DNA of 64,000 nucleotides from Desulfomonilia bacterium (GTDB lineage Bacteria > Desulfobacterota > Desulfomonilia > UBA1062), in contig JBEKDT010000007.1 of the NCBI GenBank assembly GCA_050014195.1, positions 64,001-128,000 of the forward strand, in the 5' to 3' direction. The position numbers and the translations under genes were made by a program. Below, in pieces: positions 50,066 through 60,852 of this stretch. Numbering within the stretch: position 1 is the stretch's first letter; every line of letters starts with the position of its first letter. Under the pieces are notes generated by a model. That model had not been told where the DNA came from, did not search any database, and saw only the letters and a program-made list of their open reading frames with translations.

Positions 50066-50446
50066 GTGGAAAGGCGAGAAGGTGTCGTATCTGCTGCTCA
50101 GAGAAAGCTATTCAAGGTTGGCGACTGCTTTGTAAAGGTGCTCTCAGGAGAACCTCCTGTTGTGAATGATGGGGACCATGTGGCTGTGGCAGGGTATCTA
50201 CGGCATGGGTTTATAACCCCATATGCGTGTCACAATATTACGAAGCAGATCATTTGGCACCAATCCTATAGTCTTCATTTTATGGCCGGCATCCTTGTGC
50301 TGCTATGCGGGGTTTTTGTGTTATCGGGTTCCTCGATTTGGCTGATAGTGCTCGGGTGCATAGTGAGTCTGATTGGCATGGTGATGATCGCCAAAGGGAT
50401 TGTTATTCTCCGGGCAATAAGGTATGTATCGACTCCTCAAACATGA
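50066..50446 (+). CDS. Hypothetical membrane protein
   Basis: Abuts trbB; two C-terminal TM segments. Confidence 0.55.
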   Translation: MERREGVVSAAQRKLFKVGDCFVKVLSGEPPVVNDGDHVAVAGYLRHGFITPYACHNITKQIIWHQSYSLHFMAGILVLLCGVFVLSGSSIWLIVLGCIVSLIGMVMIAKGIVILRAIRYVSTPQT

Positions 50447-50459
50447 CAAAGAGGTTGCC

Positions 50460-50666
50460 GTGATCGCACTAAAATCTTCTACAAGTGATGGATCTTCATT
50501 TCGCGTTTATGATGATGAAAAACTCTTGGGCTATATCCGAAAGCAGAGGGGTTTGACCGGAGATAAATATCTGGCATCAATTGACAGAAATGGAGAAGAG
50601 GAGAGCAACAAGAAAGATTTTGATAGTCCTGACGATGCCCTACAGTGGATTGAGAAACAAATATAA
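50460..50666 (+). CDS. Small hypothetical protein
   Basis: GTG after AGAGG (ORF track start 50424); protein-like composition. Confidence 0.5.
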   Translation: MIALKSSTSDGSSFRVYDDEKLLGYIRKQRGLTGDKYLASIDRNGEEESNKKDFDSPDDALQWIEKQI

Positions 50667-51173
50667 GCCCTCATACTTATACTATTTCGATATTTTGTAG
50701 ATCATAAGTAAGGCACCTCTGATTATAAAGAATTCTCGCTGATATATCCAATCTGATAACAATGAAGAGTGCTTATAGAAATCTATGGATTGGTTATCCA
50801 TTGATCGGGATTAGATCTCCATCAGCAATCTGCATTCCTTCTCAACCATCAATACCTCAAGATCTGTATTGTTATGATGGTGTCATTTTTCGAAAGATCA
50901 TGGAATTATCTAAACACAAGAACAAGACGGTCAATTCTGTCAATCACTATAGGAGATTATTACTCTTATATATAGAAGCAGTCATCTTATCAGTAAATTG
51001 ATAGATGCTTGTTTATAACAATTACATACTCATCAAATTCTTCGCTATTCAAAGATAAGAAGTGTTTGGTGGAATGTTTATGATCTTTTATAAATTCATT
51101 CAAACTATTCAAACATTCCCCTTTTATAATCTTTAGAAATAATATAGTAATAATATAGAGAGCTTAATATATA

Positions 51174-51986
51174 ATGAGTGATGTGAAGACATTTTTACGT
51201 TGGGCAGGAAGTAAGAAGAGGCTCCTATCAAAAATACGCCCCTACTGGGGTGATGGTTTCACTCGGTATATTGAACCATTCATGGGTTCAGCGTCACTAT
51301 TCTTTGCGATAGAGCCATCTAAAGCAGTTCTGTCTGACATAAACACAGCCCTTGTCGAAACGTTTTGTGCGGTGCGGGATCACCCTCGTGCTATATATAA
51401 CCGATTAATGCGCCTGCCGTTGGGAGAAGAAGCTTATTATCGAATTCGTAAAGTAGAACCTTCGAGACTGCTTCCCATTGACCGAGCCGCACGTTTCATC
51501 TACCTGAACCGGTTTTGCTTTAACGGCCTTTACCGCACTAATTTGAAAGGGGATTTCAATGTTCCGTATGCCGCCTCAAAGACTGGCCAGTTACCTACAC
51601 AAGACGACCTATACAAATCAGCAAAAGCCCTATCTTGCGCTTATATAAGTGCAAGAGATTTTGAGGAAACAATTCATGATGTTCAGCCAGGCGATTTCAT
51701 CTACTTAGATCCTCCATTTGCTGTCAAGAATCGAAGAATCTTTCGCCAGTACGGACCGGATTCTTTTGGAACGGAAGATCTTGCCCGACTCTCTTCAGCA
51801 CTTAGTGATATTGATCGTTGCGGTGCGACATTCCTCGTGAGCTACGCTATCTGTCGAGAGGCCATGGAAGCATTTAAGGGATGGCATATTCGACGAGCAC
51901 AAACACAACGTAGTGTCGCAGGCTTCTCAAGACATCGAAGAAAAGCCATTGAACTACTCGTCTCAAACCGCGAATTACCGGAATAA
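51174..51986 (+). CDS. Dam/D12-class DNA adenine methyltransferase
   Basis: RWAGSK, EPFMGS, YLNRFCFNGLYR and YLDPPF. Confidence 0.9.
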   Translation: MSDVKTFLRWAGSKKRLLSKIRPYWGDGFTRYIEPFMGSASLFFAIEPSKAVLSDINTALVETFCAVRDHPRAIYNRLMRLPLGEEAYYRIRKVEPSRLLPIDRAARFIYLNRFCFNGLYRTNLKGDFNVPYAASKTGQLPTQDDLYKSAKALSCAYISARDFEETIHDVQPGDFIYLDPPFAVKNRRIFRQYGPDSFGTEDLARLSSALSDIDRCGATFLVSYAICREAMEAFKGWHIRRAQTQRSVAGFSRHRRKAIELLVSNRELPE

Positions 51987-52021
51987 TAACAATATATTCA
52001 AATATTCAAACAGGGGCCACA

Positions 52022-53272
52022 ATGATTAAACTTGCAATAATGAGTGATCTTCATGTGGGACTGGCAGCTCGGTCAAAAGATCTCTGCCCTAAGCCATCTA
52101 ATACACAAAAGAACCGCCTCGCTAGATACAACAGAAAAATTGAAGATGCTTTTAAGCATAATTTTATCAAATTCGTTAAGGACAAGAATAACGAGATCTC
52201 TGCAGACTACCTTGTTCTTCCCGGAGATATTACCAGTGAAGCGAAACCGCCAGAAGTTCAACTCGCTTCAGAATTTATACTACAGGCAGCCGATGCTCTT
52301 GGTGTGGCACCCCATAAGATTGTTTTTGCTCCCGGAAATCACGACGTGGACTGGTCTGTGATCGATCCAAGTGATAATACAGGAGTGAGGTGGAGACAAA
52401 GATATACTCCAATAGGTGATGAAGGCTTTCATTTTAAGAAACTTGTGGACAAAGGAGAAGGTGACGTTTTCTCAACCCCGTATTTTGTAGCATGGAACTT
52501 TGATGATCTCCTTGTCGTTAGCTACAACTCGGCCAGCCATGATTCTCCCATTCACAAAGATGCTGCACATCATGGTCTTGCAGACCCTGATCATATTAAA
52601 AAGCTCCGTGATTACCTCACGGGTATAGGAACTGCGGATACTAGATTTCGTATTTTCATTGTTCACCATCACGTACATGATTTCAGCATGCCTATACCCC
52701 GCGACCCCGATTTCAGCCTAATGACAAATGCTGAAAGCCTGCTGACTCTTCTTCATGAGAGTTGTTTTGACATGCTCATACATGGTCACAGGCATCATCC
52801 ACGTTTCGAAACTCACAGCACTCAAACTTATCCTCATCTCCCAATCCTTTGTTCCGGCAGTTTCTCTGTCGAGATCGACACCCGATGGACGGGAACTATA
52901 GATAATCAGTTTCATTTAGTAACAATAAATGAGAGATCAGGGTGCGAGAACCAAATCACAGGTAAGATAACAAGTTGGGCATATAATCACTCCAGAAAAT
53001 GGTTTCCGAGTGAAGAATCAACAAGTGGCATTCACCACATTATTCCTTTTGGAAGCTATGTAATGCCTCATGAACTTGATGCACGTCTCGAGCCCTTCAT
53101 TAGACATTGGCTGACTAATCATGAATATATACTATGGAGGCATATTGTTGAAAATTTCCCAGAATTGGAACACCTCCCTCTTAGCAGTGCAATTGCGGCA
53201 TTTGATAGGATAGCAAGTCTTTTTAATAGGAAGAGCATGCATAAAACCTTAAATGATCTTATTCTATACTAG
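52022..53272 (+). CDS. Calcineurin-like metallophosphoesterase
   Basis: SDLH, PGD, GNHD, HHH and HGHRH. Confidence 0.88.
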   Translation: MIKLAIMSDLHVGLAARSKDLCPKPSNTQKNRLARYNRKIEDAFKHNFIKFVKDKNNEISADYLVLPGDITSEAKPPEVQLASEFILQAADALGVAPHKIVFAPGNHDVDWSVIDPSDNTGVRWRQRYTPIGDEGFHFKKLVDKGEGDVFSTPYFVAWNFDDLLVVSYNSASHDSPIHKDAAHHGLADPDHIKKLRDYLTGIGTADTRFRIFIVHHHVHDFSMPIPRDPDFSLMTNAESLLTLLHESCFDMLIHGHRHHPRFETHSTQTYPHLPILCSGSFSVEIDTRWTGTIDNQFHLVTINERSGCENQITGKITSWAYNHSRKWFPSEESTSGIHHIIPFGSYVMPHELDARLEPFIRHWLTNHEYILWRHIVENFPELEHLPLSSAIAAFDRIASLFNRKSMHKTLNDLILY

Positions 53273-53284
53273 GAGAGTCAAGCT

Positions 53285-55168
53285 ATGGGAAACGAACTAC
53301 CAAAACATAGACGAAACCTCTTCGAAATCGAGAATGCACGGAATCTATCTAGGCAAGAATTAGTTGATACTTTCATACCCACACAATCGTTTTGGCGCCT
53401 TCTATCAGCAAAACATCATGTGGTTTTTGGGGCTCGTGGCCAAGGCAAAACAGCGTTGGCAAAAATGTTGTCCCATGACCATCTCGCCTTAATGGCACAG
53501 AGACGAGATGAACCACGCGCTCGATCAGCTGTTATCAATCAGGAATTTATCGGGATCTACCTTCCTACACGTCTAGAATGGGTTGGGGGCTTGAAAAATA
53601 AGCCTTGGTTGAACGAGAGGGAACAAGAAGAATTCTTCCAGTGGCATCTCAATATAGCCAGTTGTATAGCTTTTACTCCAATAGCAAGGAGCTGTATTAA
53701 TACTTATATTGAGGGAAAAGCAAAGCAAGCGGAAGCCGAAAGAGAATTATCGCTACAACTATCTAGAGATTGGATAAATAGACAGGAAAACAAATTCGAT
53801 GACCTTCTGCAACTTCGACGCCATTTGGAGTATACTGACTATCAAAAGCATATTCAGATCCTGCACAAACGAGCGACAAACCAAATCACTGAAGGTGATA
53901 TATCAGAGGGAATTGCTTTTGCTACTGACCTCTTTTCTCCTTTGAGACAAGGAATACGGCGACTTTCACATCTTCTTTCAATAAACACTAATTGCTCATG
54001 GCTTCTCTGCATTGATGAAGCAGAGTTCCTTGATAAGATTTATCAACGTATAATAAATTCACACATGCGTGCCTACCCAGATAACTTATTCATTAAAATG
54101 ACAACCATGCCATACTGCCATTATACGCTTGCAACAAATATTGGACCGGACTTGGTAAATGGACAAGACTTTGAATATTTGAATATGTACTCAGACCGGG
54201 TTTTTGAAGCCCGTGCTGATGGAGAAAATGAAACAATTGGGACGCTATTTGGTAGGACTCTCTTCAATAAACTTATCGATGCCTCTGATATCCAATTTCT
54301 AGATTCATATCATAGGGAGCCACCGAATATTATGGATGTTTTAGGCGAGAGCAAAATACTCGATCCACATCGCGAAAACTGGGGTGTTGAATCTGAAAAT
54401 ATGAAATTACTAGAAAAGTATGCATCACAAGAGACTGTTGCTCGTGCGAATAAGTTGGCCGGAACTAGTAGATTCCGTGATGAGATAAGTAGGAAAATAC
54501 ATGGTGCATTGTTGCTCCGCAAAGAGGTTGACGAATGGAGAGGAAACAAAGCGTTAAAGGTATATTCTGGAGCAAGGATGGCCATTCGTTGCGCAGATGG
54601 CAACCCAAGATACTTAATCAGGATATTTAATGCACTTCTTATGATTCGTACTAAGAAACAAAAGGCCCTTATGGCTAAAGGGCTCAAAGTGAACAAAATT
54701 TCAGCAATGGATCAAACTCGTGCCATACGTACATTATCTTCTAATACATTGAACCAAGTGAGCGGGTTTGTTGATATCGGACCTGAATTATACTCGTTTA
54801 TCTGCATGCTTGGTGAGTATATGAAAGATTCTCTCTATGAGAAACCGCTAACTACTGATCAAATAACCTCGGTAATAATTGATGATACTTTGTCGGAAAA
54901 AGAGTTGGAACTCATACACGCCGCAGTAGGTAATGGTCTCTTACATCCGAACGTTAATAGTTCGAATCCAGACGAAATGCCTTTGCGAGAAGGAACGTAT
55001 CGTCTGACCTATACTCTCGCACCTCATTTTCTTCTTTTGCCAAGACGTGGGAAAGCAGCAACACTCTCAACAATCAAAAAGTTCAACAATATGGTACGAA
55101 AAAAGAAATATCCATTAAAGAGTATTGAGCATGATCAACTTTCCTTGTTCGATGTAGGAGATAAATAA
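53285..55168 (+). CDS. ORC/CDC6-like P-loop ATPase
   Basis: GARGQGKT, LLCIDEAE, YSG......ADGNPR and LAPHF.L.PR. Confidence 0.75.
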   Translation: MGNELPKHRRNLFEIENARNLSRQELVDTFIPTQSFWRLLSAKHHVVFGARGQGKTALAKMLSHDHLALMAQRRDEPRARSAVINQEFIGIYLPTRLEWVGGLKNKPWLNEREQEEFFQWHLNIASCIAFTPIARSCINTYIEGKAKQAEAERELSLQLSRDWINRQENKFDDLLQLRRHLEYTDYQKHIQILHKRATNQITEGDISEGIAFATDLFSPLRQGIRRLSHLLSINTNCSWLLCIDEAEFLDKIYQRIINSHMRAYPDNLFIKMTTMPYCHYTLATNIGPDLVNGQDFEYLNMYSDRVFEARADGENETIGTLFGRTLFNKLIDASDIQFLDSYHREPPNIMDVLGESKILDPHRENWGVESENMKLLEKYASQETVARANKLAGTSRFRDEISRKIHGALLLRKEVDEWRGNKALKVYSGARMAIRCADGNPRYLIRIFNALLMIRTKKQKALMAKGLKVNKISAMDQTRAIRTLSSNTLNQVSGFVDIGPELYSFICMLGEYMKDSLYEKPLTTDQITSVIIDDTLSEKELELIHAAVGNGLLHPNVNSSNPDEMPLREGTYRLTYTLAPHFLLLPRRGKAATLSTIKKFNNMVRKKKYPLKSIEHDQLSLFDVGDK

Positions 55169-56115
55169 TGAGATCTATCCAAGTGATCGATACTGATTTT
55201 GATTCAGTGTGCGAGGAACGATACGATGTCTCATTGTTCTCCAGCGGATATGAATCGAGATGTATTCATATACCCCATTTCATCAATCCCTGTACAGTTA
55301 CTAACCCGCTTGTTTTAGGTTTCATGGAGGAACCACATTCAGGAAAAAGAGATGATAATGATAAGTTTTATCGAGAACAATGGAATCTTGACCCCCTTCC
55401 ATTGAGCAGAGATGACGAGAAGCCAATCTATGAGCATCTTTACAAACACACACGTTTACATCAAGTTAAACGTCCCATTAAGATCCTTATGGACTATTCA
55501 TCCATGTCACGCCTCTGGTATGCTGCGGTTCTGAACTGGGCTCGTTTGGGAACCTGCCCCAAGGATATAATTATTGATTTCATATACTCAATGGGCAGAT
55601 ATGAGGAGGATGAGAATCAGCCTATGGTTATCCGTGGAGACATGCCTTCCATACCTGGATGTGAAGGTCGTGCTTATCGTTTACGAGAGTCAGTTGCAGT
55701 CTTTGGGCTTGGATCTCATGGGATGACCGCTCTTAGTGTTCTTGATCGGCTTGAGGCAGACACTGTATATACCTTTCTGGCTATAGGTGGATCATCGGAA
55801 CATATAGAGAAGATAAGAAATAACAACAAAGAACTTATAAATAGCCATAAAACAAAAGGTAATCTCGAATTACCCTTGGCAAGCGTAGAGAACTGTTACC
55901 GCCATCTCGCGGAGACCATTGCACCCCATCGGCCTGACGGAGAAATAACGCTTGTACCAATGGGACCCAAACCGCATATTCTAGCCTCAATCCTTGTTGC
56001 AATGCGTTTTCAGGAAGTCGCTTGTCTTCGAGTCAGCGGCGCGCCTGCCCCACAAGATGTAAATCCTACAGGTGACATTGTGGCAACACGTGTAATTGTG
56101 AGAGGGGAACCTTAA
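55168..56115 (+). CDS. Hypothetical protein, possibly CARF-like/Rossmann tandem fold
   Basis: Translationally coupled (TAATG); GYESR, DYSSM and PMGPKP motifs. Confidence 0.6.
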   Translation: MRSIQVIDTDFDSVCEERYDVSLFSSGYESRCIHIPHFINPCTVTNPLVLGFMEEPHSGKRDDNDKFYREQWNLDPLPLSRDDEKPIYEHLYKHTRLHQVKRPIKILMDYSSMSRLWYAAVLNWARLGTCPKDIIIDFIYSMGRYEEDENQPMVIRGDMPSIPGCEGRAYRLRESVAVFGLGSHGMTALSVLDRLEADTVYTFLAIGGSSEHIEKIRNNNKELINSHKTKGNLELPLASVENCYRHLAETIAPHRPDGEITLVPMGPKPHILASILVAMRFQEVACLRVSGAPAPQDVNPTGDIVATRVIVRGEP

Positions 56116-56426
56116 TAAGTTCAAGTTCATAGAATATTTCAGGTGTTATTAGCTCATTGAACTGAAAGACAGATTACAATAAGATCCCGCATAAATATAA
56201 GTACATATATCTGCAATTGATGATCGCTTTCAAGATGACTTGAAAAGTATAGGTTGTCGGAATATATCTGTGCTTTTAGGGCATTATGTATGGTCTATAG
56301 ATAATGGCACGTAATGTTATTATTTTGGCATTTGAAAATTAAGAAATTATTGGTCTCCTGCTATCGAATGCACCAGCCCATCAAAATACGGAATGGGCAT
56401 TATCTACCAGAATAGTGCCTATTGAT

Positions 56427-57152
56427 CTATATCAGTTTATCCTGCTTAGAAACCCAACCTTGCAAGACCCTGGTTATGGTTTGTATATCCTCTGAGATGA
56501 GGCTCTCCTGCTGCTTTGAGAGGTATGTTGTGAGATACTTTATATTGACCACAGTGATTCCTTTAACCGGCATACGAACTATTACAAATGCCCGAGTAAA
56601 ACAGAGGATTGGCTTTACTGCCCATTCCCTTGAAGTCTGCCTCTTAAGAAAATCTCTGAGTTGATAGGTTTGGCTCCATGTCTGGTTCAAGAAATTCTTA
56701 GGAGGTTGAACACCATCCAATAAGAGGGTATCACCTTGGGCATCAATTTTTCCTTTATGGCTCTTTGTTTCCACAAGAAAGATCCCACCTGGACCTACCG
56801 CAACATGATCTATGTTAAAGCCATCGAATGCAATGTCATGAAAAACATGATAGCCCTCCGGAAGATTCATGAGCCTTTCAGCAACCACTTCTTCAGCACA
56901 GGCACCACGATCAGCATCTTTTGCTCTCTTCTTTATGTAAAGACCTTTCTTTTCTATGTGATCTGCAACCAGTTTGATAACAACGGCAAGGATTATAGCG
57001 GCAGGAAACCCAAGTTTGACCACGGTATTAAGGTTGGAGAGTAATAGAAGACCTATAATAAAGAGCAAAGCCGCGTAGATTGTCACCTTCTTATAACGCT
57101 GCTGAGCCATTTCACGAGCGTTTTTTCCGGCTGTTCCGTGACTGTTCATCAT
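56427..57152 (-). CDS. Membrane-anchored NERD nuclease-domain protein
   Basis: Two TM segments; GACAE, FHDI, NIDHVAVGPGGIFLVETK. Confidence 0.87.
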   Translation of the reverse strand: MMNSHGTAGKNAREMAQQRYKKVTIYAALLFIIGLLLLSNLNTVVKLGFPAAIILAVVIKLVADHIEKKGLYIKKRAKDADRGACAEEVVAERLMNLPEGYHVFHDIAFDGFNIDHVAVGPGGIFLVETKSHKGKIDAQGDTLLLDGVQPPKNFLNQTWSQTYQLRDFLKRQTSREWAVKPILCFTRAFVIVRMPVKGITVVNIKYLTTYLSKQQESLISEDIQTITRVLQGWVSKQDKLI

Positions 57153-57213
57153 GCTCTATCCCTGCTTATAAGTTAAGGTTCACCATAAAGGCAGATACAT
57201 TATATCGGCATAT

Positions 57214-57242
57214 AAAAAAATCAGGTCAATTACTGACCTGAT
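57214..57242 (-). terminator. Intrinsic terminator
   Basis: ATCAGGTCA-gtaat-TGACCTGAT followed by a T run on the minus strand. Confidence 0.7.
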
Positions 57243-57642
57243 AAAGAGGAGGTTCTATGGAGATGAATCTTGAAGAACCTATATTCCTCATCGACGTGAA
57301 TCGGTTTCGCAGTGCCCGGTTATTATCACTCAAGTTCTTTAGTTTTCACAATCCCAGTGAGCCCAGAATTCAAACGTGAGGGTATAGGGAAGCATCCTCG
57401 CGACACAGCATGAAAGCACGTCCACATGTGATTGATTGTTTGGATGCCCCCCTGCGATCAATTTAATGCAATGCAATGGTTATAGGATAATGAGCGGGAG
57501 GGGAAAGTCAAATGAGTAATGGTTATGGTTGCGGATATTCAGTATAGGGGAAGCGCAGCAGGAAGCACGGGATCTTCAGGAGGGGTCAACCAGAAACTAC
57601 CTCAAGTAATATTTAATTATTCAACCAGTCATAATCTGGTTT

Positions 57643-58905
57643 TCAGTAAGCCTTAACGATGGGCAATTCTGCCCATGAAGTGGTAAACCTTGCAGATTTT
57701 CTTGTTTGCCTCATCCACCAGGGCCTCGTGAATCCAGAGGCAGCATGAATAAGTGTTCCTCTTCCCCATCGTCGATTGACTTCATCCATGGTCTTCATAA
57801 GGGCTAATTCTCTTTCTCCCTCTCGTGAAGAATGGAACAGGTTCATTTGTACCTGGCCACGCTGTACGATGCCTGAGAGCATGACTCCAACCTTCCGATA
57901 GGCAGGACCCTTGTGATAGACACGTTTCAAGAGAGCCTTGGAGTAACGGATAAGATCAGGGGTGTAGGCTGTTGCCACAGGTATGGCCGTAGAACAGATA
58001 CGGGTTTTGGGGTGCCCATCATTGAACGGGAATTCCATGAGTATTACCTGGATAAATGATGCCGCTGAGTTCTGTTCACGAAGCTTTTCCGCTGCCCTGG
58101 CAATATATGCTGCTGCAGCCTCCTTGAGTTCATCAAGACTATATACCTTGCGCCCGAAGGATCTGGAACACATGATGGATTTCTTTGGCTGCACTGCTTC
58201 ATCAAGAGGAATGCAAGATGTACCTCTCAACTCCATAACCGTACGCAGTCCAACAATGGTCATGTGTTTTTTCACCCATTCATCTGGTGTATTTCTCAGA
58301 TCCAAAGCTGTTAGGATTCCATGACGTCTGAGGAGTTTTGCATATTGCCAGCCGATGCCCCAGATGTCTCCCACTTCGATATCGGCCAGGGATTCTTCAA
58401 TCCGGTTTGAGATATCGAACACCCCTTCATGCTTAGGCACTTTCTTAGCGATCTTTCCCGCTATTTTAGCCAGGGTTTTTGATGGACCTATACCTACTGA
58501 CACAGGTATGTGAGTGCTTATCTTTACGGTTTCCCTTATGGTCGTCCCATATTTGGTGAGGTCACCAGGTATGCCATCAAGATCCAGGAAGGCTTCATCT
58601 ATGCTGTATATCTCCATGTCCGGAGAGAATGTTGAGAGTATCTCCATGACCCGGCGTGACATGTCACCATACAAAGGGAAATTCGATGAGAAGACATACA
58701 CCTTGTGCTTAGTTATGAGATTCTGGCACTGATGAATGGGCTCGCCCATCTTGATGCCGAGACCCTTGGCTTCGTTGGACCTGGCAATGATACATCCGTC
58801 ATTATTACTGAGCACTACAACCGGCTTATTCTCAAGGTTAGGGCAGAAAATACGCTCACAGGAGGCGTAGAAGTTGTTACAGTCAATGAGGGCAACTCTG
58901 TTCAT
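57643..58905 (-). CDS. umuC: Y-family DNA polymerase V subunit
   Basis: DCNNFYASCE, SNNDGC, YSIDE and SRSFG. Confidence 0.93.
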   Translation of the reverse strand: MNRVALIDCNNFYASCERIFCPNLENKPVVVLSNNDGCIIARSNEAKGLGIKMGEPIHQCQNLITKHKVYVFSSNFPLYGDMSRRVMEILSTFSPDMEIYSIDEAFLDLDGIPGDLTKYGTTIRETVKISTHIPVSVGIGPSKTLAKIAGKIAKKVPKHEGVFDISNRIEESLADIEVGDIWGIGWQYAKLLRRHGILTALDLRNTPDEWVKKHMTIVGLRTVMELRGTSCIPLDEAVQPKKSIMCSRSFGRKVYSLDELKEAAAAYIARAAEKLREQNSAASFIQVILMEFPFNDGHPKTRICSTAIPVATAYTPDLIRYSKALLKRVYHKGPAYRKVGVMLSGIVQRGQVQMNLFHSSREGERELALMKTMDEVNRRWGRGTLIHAASGFTRPWWMRQTRKSARFTTSWAELPIVKAY

Positions 58906-58907
58906 GC

Positions 58908-59369
58908 TTACTTTGTCTTACGGAATATATGCAGTCCGCTCGTAACCACACCCCTTACTTCAAGGTCCATATTGTCCGTGATTTCGATAGGCGGGTATTT
59001 AGGATTCCCTGCAAGCAAGAAGCACTTCTTGTTATCAGGCTGACAATGGAACGTCTTGACCACAAACTCTCCATTGATCATAGCAATCACAACATCACCG
59101 GACTTAGGTTGGAGTGACCAGTCCACGATGAGGATATCTCCGGATTGAATACCAGCTTCAATCATGGAATCCCCTTCAACCCTTACAAAATACGTAGCTG
59201 CAGGATGAGCTATAAGAAACTCGTTCAGATCGAGATGCTTATCAATGTTATCCTCAGCAGGAGAGGGAAACCCAGCTGATATACGTACCTGATATAGAGG
59301 CAGCTCAAGCCTGGTCTTTGGTTCATAGTCCCATATCTCAGTGACATGCATTTCATTGGTCCTGGTCAT
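58908..59369 (-). CDS. umuD: UmuD S24 peptidase
   Basis: SAGFPSPA, GDSM and VVK. Confidence 0.92.
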   Translation of the reverse strand: MTRTNEMHVTEIWDYEPKTRLELPLYQVRISAGFPSPAEDNIDKHLDLNEFLIAHPAATYFVRVEGDSMIEAGIQSGDILIVDWSLQPKSGDVVIAMINGEFVVKTFHCQPDNKKCFLLAGNPKYPPIEITDNMDLEVRGVVTSGLHIFRKTK

Positions 59370-59496
59370 AGGGTAAAGATTCTATCACTCCACCGGATCA
59401 GAGTAAAGGATGGGACAGAAGAGAATACAATAGCTGTATGGACTTTTCAAAGGACCCTGATATCTATAGGTGTATCAACAGGAGGTAAAGAAAACC

Positions 59497-60171
59497 ATGT
59501 GTGGCAGATTCATCCAGATATCTGATCCCGAGAAGATAAAGGTCAGTATCCCTGACCTGGAGATAGATGATACTGTGCGTGAGAAGTTCAAGCAGCACTA
59601 TAACATTGCCCCTACTCAGGACATCCTCACAGTGTTGAATACCTATCCTCCCAAACTTACTTTCACCCATTGGGGTCTGGTGCCTTTCTGGGCAAAGGAT
59701 AAGAATATCGGATACAAGATGATCAATGCCAGAGCTGAAACCCTTATGACAAAGCAATCATTCCGAGAACCACTAAAGAAACGTAGGTGCATAGTCTTCT
59801 CTGATGGGTTCTATGAATGGAGTGTGGATAAATCAAAGACACCTTACTTCATTCATATGAGATCCGGAGAGCCGTTTGCTTTTGCCAGCCTATGGGATCA
59901 TTGGACTGATAAGGAGACTGGTGAGACTATCAACTCAAGCACCATCATCACTACAGAGGCCAATCCACTTATAGTTGGAATCCATAACAGGATGCCAACT
60001 ATACTTGATCCTGATCATTACCAGGTGTGGCTGTCTCCTGAACCTGTTCCACAACAATTACTGTTGGAATGTCTCCATCCGTATCCACATGAGAAGATGG
60101 AAGCATATGAGATCTCAAGGCTAGTAAACAGTCCACGAAATGATTCAGCGGAGATCATTAAGCCAATTTGA
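59497..60171 (+). CDS. SRAP/YedK (HMCES-family) abasic-site protein
   Basis: MCGRF, YNIAP, NARAE, GFYEW and HNRMP. Confidence 0.92.
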   Translation: MCGRFIQISDPEKIKVSIPDLEIDDTVREKFKQHYNIAPTQDILTVLNTYPPKLTFTHWGLVPFWAKDKNIGYKMINARAETLMTKQSFREPLKKRRCIVFSDGFYEWSVDKSKTPYFIHMRSGEPFAFASLWDHWTDKETGETINSSTIITTEANPLIVGIHNRMPTILDPDHYQVWLSPEPVPQQLLLECLHPYPHEKMEAYEISRLVNSPRNDSAEIIKPI

Positions 60172-60248
60172 GATGTTTAAAAAATGAGGACCGGGGCGAA
60201 GCCCCGCCGGCGCTAGGAGAGTAGTGGGGGCTTACGCCCCCTTCAATA

Positions 60249-60818
60249 TTAAGCATACCATGAGCAATACATTTTTTCTCCTTCCTTCCATACTCCGATG
60301 CTCCCATGTTTTGAGGGTATGTAATGATGGATATTGTCATCTGAACCCATGTAAACCTGTATTGTCTTGGTTATGGGGTCACCGGTGAAATGGTCAGGAT
60401 CGGGAATTGTTTGCCCACTCATAGAGCCTGTTGCTTCGACAATCTGGCCTGCTATTGGCCTTAAGGTTACCGACCGAGGGCCTATCTTGACTATCTGATA
60501 CCAATCAATATTGGTCTGATCATATCCCCATGAGTCATAGACTATCTGATCCACAGTATACGGGTTTACAAACTGCTCCCGTGCCTTCCGATTTCTTTCT
60601 ATACGGTCGGTCTTTCGTTGGTAGCGAGCATCAGCTTGTCCTTTCACATAATCGATGTACTTTCTAGCTGCAGATTCTACCTCTCCAGTTTTAAAGAAAC
60701 TAACTGAGGGCCTCCGAGCGTTCTTACGATAAACATATACGGCGATCCCATTCTCTTTCACATGATAGATGATCCTGATGTCCTTGTATGTTTCCTCTTG
60801 CCGGTTGTTCTCTTCCAT
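60249..60818 (-). CDS. Hypothetical protein downstream of a Frpo-like element
   Basis: AGGAGG RBS; SWGYDQTNIDWYQIV motif. Confidence 0.75.
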   Translation of the reverse strand: MEENNRQEETYKDIRIIYHVKENGIAVYVYRKNARRPSVSFFKTGEVESAARKYIDYVKGQADARYQRKTDRIERNRKAREQFVNPYTVDQIVYDSWGYDQTNIDWYQIVKIGPRSVTLRPIAGQIVEATGSMSGQTIPDPDHFTGDPITKTIQVYMGSDDNIHHYIPSKHGSIGVWKEGEKMYCSWYA

Positions 60819-60852
60819 GGTTCCCTCCTTAGATTTATAGCTCCTGGAGATC

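Noticed and set aside
59370-59496. LexA box between umuD and SRAP
   Set aside because: CTGTATGG has no matching ACAG half-site and no other recognisable SOS consensus was seen.
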